From NCBI GenBank assembly GCA_049968255.1, contig JBMFRB010000003.1, positions 96,001 to 160,000 of the forward strand: 64,000 nt of DNA. The letters run 5' to 3'. Each line of letters starts with the position of its first letter. Positions within the stretch are counted from its first letter, which is position 1. The notes under the pieces were generated by a model. It did no database searches. It was not told where the DNA came from and saw nothing but the letters and a program-made list of their open reading frames with translations. Below, in pieces: positions 50,879 through 59,952 of the stretch. This stretch comes from Candidatus Sumerlaeaceae bacterium (GTDB taxonomy: Bacteria > Sumerlaeota > Sumerlaeia > Sumerlaeales > Sumerlaeaceae). Made by a program: the position numbers and the translations under genes.

Positions 50879-52304
50879 GAGCCTCTACGACAAAGTCTTC
50901 GATCTGCACACCGTGCGCAAACTGCCTTCCGGGCAATATCAGCTCTTCATGGGGCTGCAGCTCATTCACGAGGTCACCTCGCCCCAAGCCTTTGCCATGT
51001 TGCGCGAGCGCGGCTGGAAGGTTCTTTATCCGCATCGCAACTTCGCCACCGTTGATCACATTGTGCCCACTCATTCGCAGCAGCGGCCGTTCGAGGACCC
51101 GCTGGCCGAGGAAATGATGCAAGCCATCGAGCGCAATGCGCGCGATTTCGGCATCAAACTTTTCACGCCGGACACGGGGCAGCAGGGCATCGTGCATATG
51201 ATTGGCCCCGAGCTTGGTCTGACTCAGCCAGGCATGACTATCTGCTGCGGCGATTCGCACACTGCCACGCACGGCGCCTTCGGCGCCCTCGCTTTTGGCA
51301 TCGGCACGAGTCAGGTGCGCGACGTTCTCGCCACACAAACGCTTGCCATGGGTAAGCTCAAGGTGCGGCGCATCGAGGTCAACGGCGAGCTTGCCCCAGG
51401 CGTCTATGCCAAGGACGTCATTCTCTATATCATCAATCGCCTCGGCGTGAAAGGTGGAGTGGGTTACGCCTATGAATATGCAGGCGATGTCTTCGATCGC
51501 ATGAACATGGAAGGCCGCATGACGGTGTGCAACATGTCCATCGAAGGTGGAGCGCGTTGCGGCTACGTGAATCCTGACCAAACGACCTATGACTATATCA
51601 AAGGCCGTCCCTACGCCCCACCAGCCGAAAAATGGAATGAAGCGCTCCGTTTCTGGGAAAGCATAAAGTCCGATCCCGATGCCGACTACGACGACGTGGT
51701 CACCTATCGCGCCGACAACATTCCGCCTATGGTCACTTGGGGTATCACTCCCGGCCAGTCAATCGGCATTGATGACGTGATCCCAGACAAAAATGCCTTT
51801 CCCCCGAGCGAGCATTCGTTGGTGGAGGAGGCTTACACCTACATGGGGGTGAAGCCAGGCCAGCCCATCAAAGGAATGAAAATTGACGTGGCATTCATCG
51901 GCTCGTGCACTAATGGCCGCATCTCGGATTTCGAAGAGGTCGTGAAACTCATCGAGGGACGCGGCTACAAAGTGGCGCCTCACGTGCGTGCCCTTGTTGT
52001 GCCAGGCAGCCAGCTCGTTCGCGACGAAATGGTACGTCGCGGCTACGACAAAATCCTCACGCAGGCGGGCTTCGAGTTCCGCGAAGCCGGATGCTCGATG
52101 TGCCTTGCCATGAACCCTGACAAGCTGCGAGGCAACGAAGTTTGCGCCAGCTCAAGCAACCGCAATTTCAAAGGTCGCCAAGGCTCGCCCACGGGTCGCA
52201 CTATCCTCATGTCGCCGGTGATGGTGGCCGCCGCCGCCTTTGCTGGCGAAGTGGTGGACGCACGCGAGTTCTTTGGCATTGGTGCCGTGAAAGGAGACTC
52301 GTGA
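50871..52304 (+). CDS. leuC: 3-isopropylmalate dehydratase large subunit
   Basis: [35 protein letters not shown] and [10 protein letters not shown]. Confidence 0.96.
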   Translation: MGKSLYDKVFDLHTVRKLPSGQYQLFMGLQLIHEVTSPQAFAMLRERGWKVLYPHRNFATVDHIVPTHSQQRPFEDPLAEEMMQAIERNARDFGIKLFTPDTGQQGIVHMIGPELGLTQPGMTICCGDSHTATHGAFGALAFGIGTSQVRDVLATQTLAMGKLKVRRIEVNGELAPGVYAKDVILYIINRLGVKGGVGYAYEYAGDVFDRMNMEGRMTVCNMSIEGGARCGYVNPDQTTYDYIKGRPYAPPAEKWNEALRFWESIKSDPDADYDDVVTYRADNIPPMVTWGITPGQSIGIDDVIPDKNAFPPSEHSLVEEAYTYMGVKPGQPIKGMKIDVAFIGSCTNGRISDFEEVVKLIEGRGYKVAPHVRALVVPGSQLVRDEMVRRGYDKILTQAGFEFREAGCSMCLAMNPDKLRGNEVCASSSNRNFKGRQGSPTGRTILMSPVMVAAAAFAGEVVDAREFFGIGAVKGDS

Positions 52305-52921
52305 TGGACAATATGAAAAGAGTGCGCATTGCTGGTAAGGCGATCAGCGTGCGCGGCAACGACATAGATACAGATCGCATTATTCCCGCGCGTTACCTGC
52401 GCTGCGTGACCTTCGACGGCCTCGGCGAACACGTCTTCGAGGACGACCGCGAACAGCTCCGCCGCAGCGGGCAACTCCACCCCTTTGATCATCCCAAATT
52501 CGCTAACGCAGAAATTCTCTTCGTGAACAAGAATTTTGGGTGCGGCTCATCACGCGAGCACGCTCCCCAGGCCATCATGCGTTGGGGCAAGGGCATCAAG
52601 GCGATCGTCGGCGAAAGCTTCGCTGAAATCTTCTTCGGCAATTGCGTCGCCCTGGGCATTCCCTGCGTCACGGTGAGCGAAGATGTGGCCCATGAAATCC
52701 AGTCGCTCAACGAAGCTGCGCCAGAGACCGTGTTCTCCGTGGACCTTGAAAGTCTCACGCTGGCGGCTGACAACGGCAAGCAATGGCCTATCCAGCTGGC
52801 CGAAGGGCCCCGCCAGCAGTTCTTGCTGGGGCGCTGGGACTCAACAGCCGAGCTGATGGAGACCATGGACCTCATCGCGAAAACAGCCGAGCGCCTGCCC
52901 TATTTTAACCACTGGCGCTAA
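52304..52921 (+). CDS. leuD: 3-isopropylmalate dehydratase small subunit
   Basis: DIDTDRIIPARYL, NFGCGSSREHAP and SFAEIFFGN. Confidence 0.96.
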   Translation: MDNMKRVRIAGKAISVRGNDIDTDRIIPARYLRCVTFDGLGEHVFEDDREQLRRSGQLHPFDHPKFANAEILFVNKNFGCGSSREHAPQAIMRWGKGIKAIVGESFAEIFFGNCVALGIPCVTVSEDVAHEIQSLNEAAPETVFSVDLESLTLAADNGKQWPIQLAEGPRQQFLLGRWDSTAELMETMDLIAKTAERLPYFNHWR

Positions 52922-53859
52922 TATCGCCCCCTTTTTGCGCAAGGCACTGCGATTGTTGGGTGACAACCGAGACTCTCTTCTACGCCCCTCCGCAAGCCCC
53001 GCGCGTGACGTGGTCCTCGGCCGTATGCGACATTTCGAGGACGCGTCAAAATCTGAGCGCGATGAGGATGAGGTTTAGATCCGGGGCGCTCGCGAAAAGT
53101 CTAGAGCGCCAGCATGTTCGCATGTGGGCATGATCGTCCTCGTGATGCGCAAAACCGGGGAAAGGCCGCGGCTGGCGAGTGGCGCGGGACAATATCACGG
53201 TTGCTGGCATGCTTGCCTGACCAAGCACACCTGTGTGGGCGCAGTGCTCTGGCCGCGCGCGTGGAAGCGTGCGGAGGTCCCTTATTTTTTTACGTTTTTC
53301 CTCCCGGAGTTAGGTTGCGGCTATCCTTCCTCGTGTTGCCGCTGCCTTCATGCCCGTTGATACGACGCGAGCCACCCGCGCGTCGCCCCACCTCCTCGTG
53401 CCTGAGAAAAAAGCCAGCGATTCACTTCAGTCTAGGCTGAAGCCCCGCATGGGGCGCGTGGAACACAGTGCCGTAGTCGGACTTTTCCCATGAAGGGCAT
53501 AAGGGCGTAATTTTAGCTAAATTGCCTCCCAGGGGGCATGCGTTCTTGTTACCTTTGCTCCACAGGAATGTTTCGCAATAAGCACATCTCATGATACGAA
53601 GTCTTAGCTCCGTTCGTTGGAGCGTCTGCGAAGAAACCCTTCGGGCGCTGCGCGTCATGCCGTGGCAACCGGAGAGCTTCGCCGCTGAGCTGGCGTCGGT
53701 GCAGGTAGATGTTAAGGCGAGAGTGTGGCTCGGTGATCCTTCTAAAAGCAGAGGAATTTGAAGGCCACCTTTGGGGCGTGAAATTCTGCCTAGGAATCTG
53801 CGGAAAAGTTTGCGTGAGCTCGGGCTGCGAAACAAGAAGAGACAGTGCGTTTTTTTGAT

Positions 53860-53873
53860 TTGGAACGATCCAA
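53860..53873. promoter_or_regulatory. Putative LacI/GalR-type operator upstream of the amylase gene
   Basis: TTGGAA-CG-ATCCAA is a 14-bp palindrome with one mismatch and a central CG, in AT-rich context. Confidence 0.35.
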
Positions 53874-54156
53874 TTTTTCTTGCGTCTAAATGTGAGAAAC
53901 CAAAGTTTATGGTGCATACCTGTGACGGGGTAAAATTTTCGTGCTGGAATGCTTTGCAGGTAAGGTGGAGCACCCAGGGGCCATGAGGCGCGAGCGAATG
54001 TTGCTAGCTCCTGCGCAACGCGGCGGGTGTGACAGAATGACGCTGTCTCTTCGCGGAACGGCTTCCCACTCGTCTACGTGGACTCCGCCCGTGTCGGATC
54101 GTCAGTACGGTTTTTTTATTCCTAGGAGCAAAGACCCCAGCCGAAGGTGAAAGGAC

Positions 54157-57100
54157 ATGAGGAGCATGGGCAGAATCGTGCGTTTGATAAGCTTTGCCTT
54201 AGGCGCAACGTGGTGCGCCGCGGGACTGGCTGGTCCCGTCATGCTGCAGTATTTTGAAAGCCGGTGGGAAACAATCGAGAAGAAGCTGCCTGACGTCTAT
54301 GTGAGTGGTTATTCTGCTTTCTGGCTTCCGCCGCCCGGAAAAGGCGACACGGGCGGTTACTCTGTGGGCTACGACGTCTACGACCGTTTCGATCTGGGCA
54401 AGCCCTTTGACCAAACACTTTACGGTACGGAAGCCAGTGTCAAACAGATGGTGCGTACGGCGCACCGGGCTGGGCTTGATTGTTATTTTGATTATGTCGT
54501 GAACCACAATGGATTCCGCGACATGAGCACGCCTGGCTTCGACGCAGCCGGCGGCTACCCCGGGTTTGTGCTGACCCTGCCCGACGACATTGACGGCGAC
54601 TTTCATAGTGCCTTTGCATCGGGCGACCTCGACATGCGCCTGGCTGGTCTCATTGACATTGCCCAGGAAAAGAATCACGTCTTCATCCGCCACCCCGTGG
54701 TGCCAGACCCGCTCAATATTCCGCGCCAGGCCCCCAAGCCGGAAAATCGCCGCTTTTACCCTGATCGCGATCTGTCCCCGAACTCTCTTGGCATTTATCC
54801 TTTCAATGTCAGCAATCCCATGGCTGGCGACCCGACGCCAGAAAATGCAACGGGGCTATTGCTGCGCTACACGCAATGGATGCTCGAAGTGATTGGTGCG
54901 GACGGCTTCCGCATTGATGCCGAAAAGCACATCCCAGCTTGGTATTTTTACTCGTTTTTCGACAAGGTATGCTACCAGCGGGGTCGTCCCGATCTTGTCG
55001 GTAATCCCCGCACCCCCTACTCGTTCGGCGAGTGTTTCACGGGCGACTTCAACGTCTTGGGGCAGTACCTGCGCAAGGATGGCTTCGGCAACCGTGACCT
55101 TCTCGACTTTCCGCTCTTCTTCGCTATGCAGAGCGTGTTCAACGCCGGTGGCTTCGGCGACATGCGTCAGTTGGAGTACGCAAGTGTGGACGGTATTGAT
55201 GGCAATGCCAACGACGGTTCGGTGGGCGTGACGTTTGTTTCCTCGCACGATAATGGACCGCCGGCCCTCGATAACCTCGCTTATGCCTACATTCTTACTC
55301 GCACGGGCTTTCCTATCGTGTATTTCAATGCCCACGAGTTTGGCACCGGCCGCTCATTTCCCATTGATGGCCGCGGCGATGCCCTCGGCGGCGACTACGG
55401 TAACCTTATCCCCCGTCTTGTCGACATAAGCCGCCGATATGCGAAAGGGGCCTACTACACGCGCTGGATTGACCAAGACACCTTTGTGTACGAGCGCGAC
55501 AATTCGTTGCTGGTTGGACTCAACGACCGTGGTGACTCTGGCTACGACACGCGCACTGTCAACACGAATTTCCGCAACGTGACGCTCGTTGAGCTCACGG
55601 GCAACGCTACCGATCCCATTGTGAACGCGAATGGCGACATCTTCCCGATAATCACCATTGGCAACGACGGCGTGGCGACAATTCGCGTCCCACGCAACCG
55701 CACCAACGCAACCACCCACAACCGCGGTTTCGTCATGTACGGACTTGCCGTTCCTAGCCAAACACAGACAATTGCACCTGTCACGCAGGTACTGGCCCCC
55801 GAAACCACGGCAGTGGCCAACGGCGTGCGCCGCCTCACCCCCGTGAGTGTGATCACCACGACCACCTTCAGCGTCACAGTTCAGACAGCGGCGACGCCGG
55901 CCGAAGATAACGCCCTTATCAAACTCGATGGTGGCGTGCCGATTGATGCCAATCCCGGGCTCTTTCTCACGAGCGGCGAATTCGCCGGCTTCGAGCAATT
56001 CACGGATGTCAGCAGTCCGCGTGCTTCTGGCGGCACAGGCACCTATAAGCTCACCATTTCGACGGCTGGCTTGGAAGAGGGCTATCATTTCTTGGACACG
56101 ATCGCCTTCCTGCCGCGTCCTTCTGGCTCTCCAGCTGCCTACTCCTCGAAACGTTCGGTTATCTATTTGGACCGCGTTCCGCCTCCTGTGGCCCTGCTTT
56201 ATCCCAGCACCACGGGGACGTCGGACGTGCAGTCGCAGAACTACACAGTTGTGGCGCAGTGCACGGACTTCACAGCGGACTCGATGCACATCTTCTTCGA
56301 CCTGCCAGCCTCTTATGACTTTCTCCACAACGTGAACAGCTCGAACCAGATGACGCGGGTGGATCGCAACGAGTTCCGCTTCACTTGGAACAGTATCACG
56401 CCGGGCAACCACAGCATCACCATCGTGGCGTTCGAGCCCACGGGCAATCACTCGGTCACGCGTTTCGAGCCTGTGAATGCGGTGGTGCCACAACCCGATA
56501 TGGCCTTCGGTGTCGACCTCGATCCGAGTGCTGGCTCGGTGAATTTTCAAGCGGTGCCTTCGACAATATCAACAGCTGCCTATCCTTACGATTTTGTGGT
56601 TCGCGTGAACAACGTTGGACGCTCCTTCCCGACGGATTTCACAGTGTCGCTGGAGGTCGACGGCGTGAGCTATACCGCCCAGCCTTATAACCCCTCGCTT
56701 CTGCCACCCGTGAACAGGCTTGTTCAGAATGATCAGAACCTGAGCGACCAATGGGACGAGTTCCGCTTTCGCTGGAGTGGCTACAGCCGCGGGACGCATA
56801 ATTTCGTGGCTCGAGCGCATCTGACTTCGGGCTCGGCGCCTGAGAACAGTGCGTCAGCGATTGTGCAGGTTCCCGACAGTGTGGCTGGCCCAACGATCTC
56901 CATCGTTTCACCCACGCCGGGCACGACCCTCAATGCCCCGACCTCTCTCCCGGTCACCGTGGCCACCAACTCACTTGCACGCAGTGCTGCTGCGTTTATC
57001 ACCGTAGACGGCGCATCGCAACTCATTGAAACGAAGAACGACTTCGGCTCGACCACGGTTACGCTGAGCGCGACATGTGGCAATTATTTCCAGAGCGATG

Positions 57101-58497
57101 CGGGCGCGAAAATCCAGCTGCGAAACGGAACGTGGCCGATCCGTGCGATTGTCTCCACGGGCCCGAATGGAAGTGGAATTGTCTCGGAGGCCGTGACTTC
57201 GGTCACGATCACCGGCATGGGCGATGTCCCCGTGACGACTTCCCCCGTGATAGACGGCAATATGAGCGAGTTCTTCGATCGGGCACCTTTGGCGGTCAGT
57301 GCTGCCGATGGGGCCGGCAATTCCCCCGCTGTTGCAGATTTTGGCGCCGACGGCAGCCTCACGGAGCTGCATGGCCGAGTGCGCGACGGCGTGCTGTATC
57401 TTGCGGTCCGTGGCGACATGTTCGACGGAACGAACCCCAATATGAACGCGACAATTCTTTACGTTGACGTGGATGCGGGGGCCGGCACCGGCGCGAAGAA
57501 AATGACGCCGCCTACCGACCTCTCCGACAATTCCACCCCGGATCGAACCCTTGTCTCGAACTCGGGCTTCCAGCTCAGCTCATCGCTCGTGGCGCAGGGC
57601 ATAGGTTTTGATGCTGCCGTAATCATCAACGGCACAAACCCGCTTGACTACGAGATAGTCGGGTTTGGCACAGGCGGCGTCGCAGGAAGCCCGTCGAGCT
57701 TCGCCGCCCTGCCGGGGAACCTCGCCTACGGGCGTGGCCTCGGCAGCTACCCTGGCGCTCCAGGCACAACTATCGCTGGCCCCAGTGGATTTGAGGTTTC
57801 TATCCCGCTGGCTGCTCTCGGCAATGCGAATCCGCGGCAGATGCGTTTTGCTGTCGTGACGACATCGGACTCGTCATTCCCCTCGCCGAACACGCTGCCC
57901 GAAAACGCACAGAACACGTTCGATAGCGTACAGACACTCGACAGCGTGGCCGCATTCCCCACGTATCCGCCACTGAAGATCAATGAGGTTTACAACGGAA
58001 CGCCAGATTGGGTCGAAATCTATAACCCAGCGACCACAGCGGTAGACCTGTCGCTGTGGAGTCTGCGCTGGGCTGACGGCAATGGTCTCACCGCTTATCT
58101 TGCGCTTCCTGGTCTGAACGTGGCCGGCCATGGCTATGCCGTCTTGGCGGATGGATCACTTTCGCCGTCGGTGGGGGAGTACTTGCTGAGCTCGAACCTG
58201 CCCTACTACCCACCTCGGCCGGCCTCAGCAACACTTGTGGATCCTTACGGTATCGCTGTGGACTACGTGCGATGGTACGGGCTAGATTTTAGTACGTTCG
58301 GCGATAGTGCACTGGCCGGAACATCGTTCAGCGACTGGGCAGTGGGATTCGATTCGCAAGTGGCCAACCGGTCTCTCTCACGCGACGCTAACTCGACAGA
58401 CACAGACCAGGCCTCAGATTGGACGCTCAACGGCCCAACTCCCGGCGCACCAAATGTTCCAGTCTCCGTGGCGACGTCGTGGCTTGAGTATGAATAA
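54157..58497 (+). CDS. Secreted multidomain GH13 alpha-amylase-like enzyme with Ig-like repeats, DOMON/CBM9-like domain and lamin tail domain
   Basis: Signal peptide. GH13 regions DYVVNH, DGFRIDAEKH, GECF and FVSSHD. PVIDG..LYLAVRG..FEVSIPL domain. LTD pattern KINEV..DWVEIYN..VDLS.W..PTPGAPN. Confidence 0.88.
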   Translation: MRSMGRIVRLISFALGATWCAAGLAGPVMLQYFESRWETIEKKLPDVYVSGYSAFWLPPPGKGDTGGYSVGYDVYDRFDLGKPFDQTLYGTEASVKQMVRTAHRAGLDCYFDYVVNHNGFRDMSTPGFDAAGGYPGFVLTLPDDIDGDFHSAFASGDLDMRLAGLIDIAQEKNHVFIRHPVVPDPLNIPRQAPKPENRRFYPDRDLSPNSLGIYPFNVSNPMAGDPTPENATGLLLRYTQWMLEVIGADGFRIDAEKHIPAWYFYSFFDKVCYQRGRPDLVGNPRTPYSFGECFTGDFNVLGQYLRKDGFGNRDLLDFPLFFAMQSVFNAGGFGDMRQLEYASVDGIDGNANDGSVGVTFVSSHDNGPPALDNLAYAYILTRTGFPIVYFNAHEFGTGRSFPIDGRGDALGGDYGNLIPRLVDISRRYAKGAYYTRWIDQDTFVYERDNSLLVGLNDRGDSGYDTRTVNTNFRNVTLVELTGNATDPIVNANGDIFPIITIGNDGVATIRVPRNRTNATTHNRGFVMYGLAVPSQTQTIAPVTQVLAPETTAVANGVRRLTPVSVITTTTFSVTVQTAATPAEDNALIKLDGGVPIDANPGLFLTSGEFAGFEQFTDVSSPRASGGTGTYKLTISTAGLEEGYHFLDTIAFLPRPSGSPAAYSSKRSVIYLDRVPPPVALLYPSTTGTSDVQSQNYTVVAQCTDFTADSMHIFFDLPASYDFLHNVNSSNQMTRVDRNEFRFTWNSITPGNHSITIVAFEPTGNHSVTRFEPVNAVVPQPDMAFGVDLDPSAGSVNFQAVPSTISTAAYPYDFVVRVNNVGRSFPTDFTVSLEVDGVSYTAQPYNPSLLPPVNRLVQNDQNLSDQWDEFRFRWSGYSRGTHNFVARAHLTSGSAPENSASAIVQVPDSVAGPTISIVSPTPGTTLNAPTSLPVTVATNSLARSAAAFITVDGASQLIETKNDFGSTTVTLSATCGNYFQSDAGAKIQLRNGTWPIRAIVSTGPNGSGIVSEAVTSVTITGMGDVPVTTSPVIDGNMSEFFDRAPLAVSAADGAGNSPAVADFGADGSLTELHGRVRDGVLYLAVRGDMFDGTNPNMNATILYVDVDAGAGTGAKKMTPPTDLSDNSTPDRTLVSNSGFQLSSSLVAQGIGFDAAVIINGTNPLDYEIVGFGTGGVAGSPSSFAALPGNLAYGRGLGSYPGAPGTTIAGPSGFEVSIPLAALGNANPRQMRFAVVTTSDSSFPSPNTLPENAQNTFDSVQTLDSVAAFPTYPPLKINEVYNGTPDWVEIYNPATTAVDLSLWSLRWADGNGLTAYLALPGLNVAGHGYAVLADGSLSPSVGEYLLSSNLPYYPPRPASATLVDPYGIAVDYVRWYGLDFSTFGDSALAGTSFSDWAVGFDSQVANRSLSRDANSTDTDQASDWTLNGPTPGAPNVPVSVATSWLEYE

Positions 58498-58713
58498 AAA
58501 GTGGCACCGACGATCGCCGCCGTGGCGAGAACAGAGCAGCTGCGTGCATTGATCAGAGACAAGACGAGAGGTGGGTCCGTTGTCGGGCCCACCCTCCTCC
58601 GTTTTCGGCTGATGGCAGCGACCCATGGGGCTGCCTTCTTGGGCACGCTAGGCCGCGATAATACCATCCCAACCCCTGGGCGCTCTGGATACCATCGGGC
58701 TAGAGATGATGCG

Positions 58714-58729
58714 TGGCACTCGAATTGCT
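58714..58729 (+). promoter_or_regulatory. Putative sigma54 (-24/-12) promoter
   Basis: TGGCAC-TCGAA-TTGCT matches TGGCAC-N5-TTGCW exactly, 70 nt before ATG 58800. Confidence 0.7.
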
Positions 58730-58799
58730 TGGCCAGAGTGAGGGAAGAACTTCTCCTGGAATAGGTCTTGTCAACATCGGAAGGATAGGGAGCCGTACC

Positions 58800-59036
58800 A
58801 TGAAGAACGAGATTTCACGCCGAGTGTGGTTGATAAGCTTGACTGCGCTGCTTGTGGCTACTGTGGTGGCAGGTGCGTTCGCGGACACCACTCACACCCT
58901 TGCCAAAATCTCCACAACCAAGCCAAAGATTGAATGCCCGGCGAATTATCAAAAAGGATCGCCGGCCTGCAAACGCGCCAAGGCCGAGCACAAATGTCCT
59001 GAACAGCTCGGCGGCAAATGTTTAGCCAAAAAGTAG
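58800..59036 (+). CDS. Small secreted Cys/Lys-rich peptide (78 aa precursor)
   Basis: GGGAG RBS, signal peptide with SRRVWL and AFA cleavage site, 50-aa mature part with 4 Cys. Confidence 0.7.
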   Translation: MKNEISRRVWLISLTALLVATVVAGAFADTTHTLAKISTTKPKIECPANYQKGSPACKRAKAEHKCPEQLGGKCLAKK

Positions 59037-59346
59037 GAATGTCGCTTCGTGTCGAGCGGGGCGAGTTGGGATCCCGACACTATAGCCCAACACTCAGCTC
59101 CTGGCCGATAGGGCAGGAGATGCGAAAGCATGTGGTGGCATGTATTTCAGGTGCAGGCATGCCTCTCCTTCTCAGACGTGGAATCATGCGCCTCGCATGT
59201 GGCGTCGGAGACTTCTCTGTCGAAAAGTGTGGAACCTGCTTAGGGATAGGCAGCCTATCTTCTAAGGATGCCGAGGGCGAACATCACGACATGAGCAGGG
59301 CAGTACTGTCGGCCATTGACCGCACATTCTTGCTGGGGGGCCGAAC

Positions 59347-59841
59347 TCATGCCTTCCAGCGGCGGAGCTCAATAACGATATTGCCCTGTTCGTCGCGGTG
59401 CTCGCTGACCACATTAGCCCCTCGCCGCTCCATTTCAGTGATCACACGGTTGTAGGCGAACTGTTGGATGAGCTGGTAAGCGAATTGCTCACCGATGGCC
59501 CGGAGCTCTGTGACCGTGCGCGTGTCGGGGGCTATGACCTCGATGGAGAATTTGCTGCGCGCATCGCGCTTGAAGACGAGCGTGACGTCGTCACGAACAA
59601 AGCGCAGCACCTGTTCGCGACCCACTTCTTCTGCCACCACGCCAGCTACGAGCTCATCGAGTGCGAGCCGTACGGTGCGAAGTTTTTTCATTTGGGCTGT
59701 CAGGCGTCCGCGCAGGGGAGCATCGTCGGCACTTGATGTGTAGAGCTTATACCCAAGTGCTCCGGCTGTACTCATCAGGATGGGCCACAGCAGCGGAAAA
59801 GCCCAACCGACCGTCGGTGTTAAGACAAAGATAGCTCCCAT
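59347..59841 (-). CDS. DUF1257 (Ycf35)-like protein with N-terminal hydrophobic segment
   Basis: C-terminal QQFAYNRVITEMERRGANVVSEHRDEQGNIVIELRRW matches the DUF1257 pattern as I recall it. Confidence 0.6.
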   Translation of the reverse strand: MGAIFVLTPTVGWAFPLLWPILMSTAGALGYKLYTSSADDAPLRGRLTAQMKKLRTVRLALDELVAGVVAEEVGREQVLRFVRDDVTLVFKRDARSKFSIEVIAPDTRTVTELRAIGEQFAYQLIQQFAYNRVITEMERRGANVVSEHRDEQGNIVIELRRWKA

Positions 59842-59952
59842 GACAGTCTCTCTCATGTTAGGGAGAAGGGTCAGCGGACCACAAGTGTTTTCCTGGGACC
59901 ACCAGAACTCGCGAGTCTTGAAGTCAAGGCACACAAGATTGCCCCAATCTCC

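Noticed and set aside
55354-56550. 398-aa antisense ORF within the amylase gene
   Set aside because: Shadow ORF explained by codon bias.
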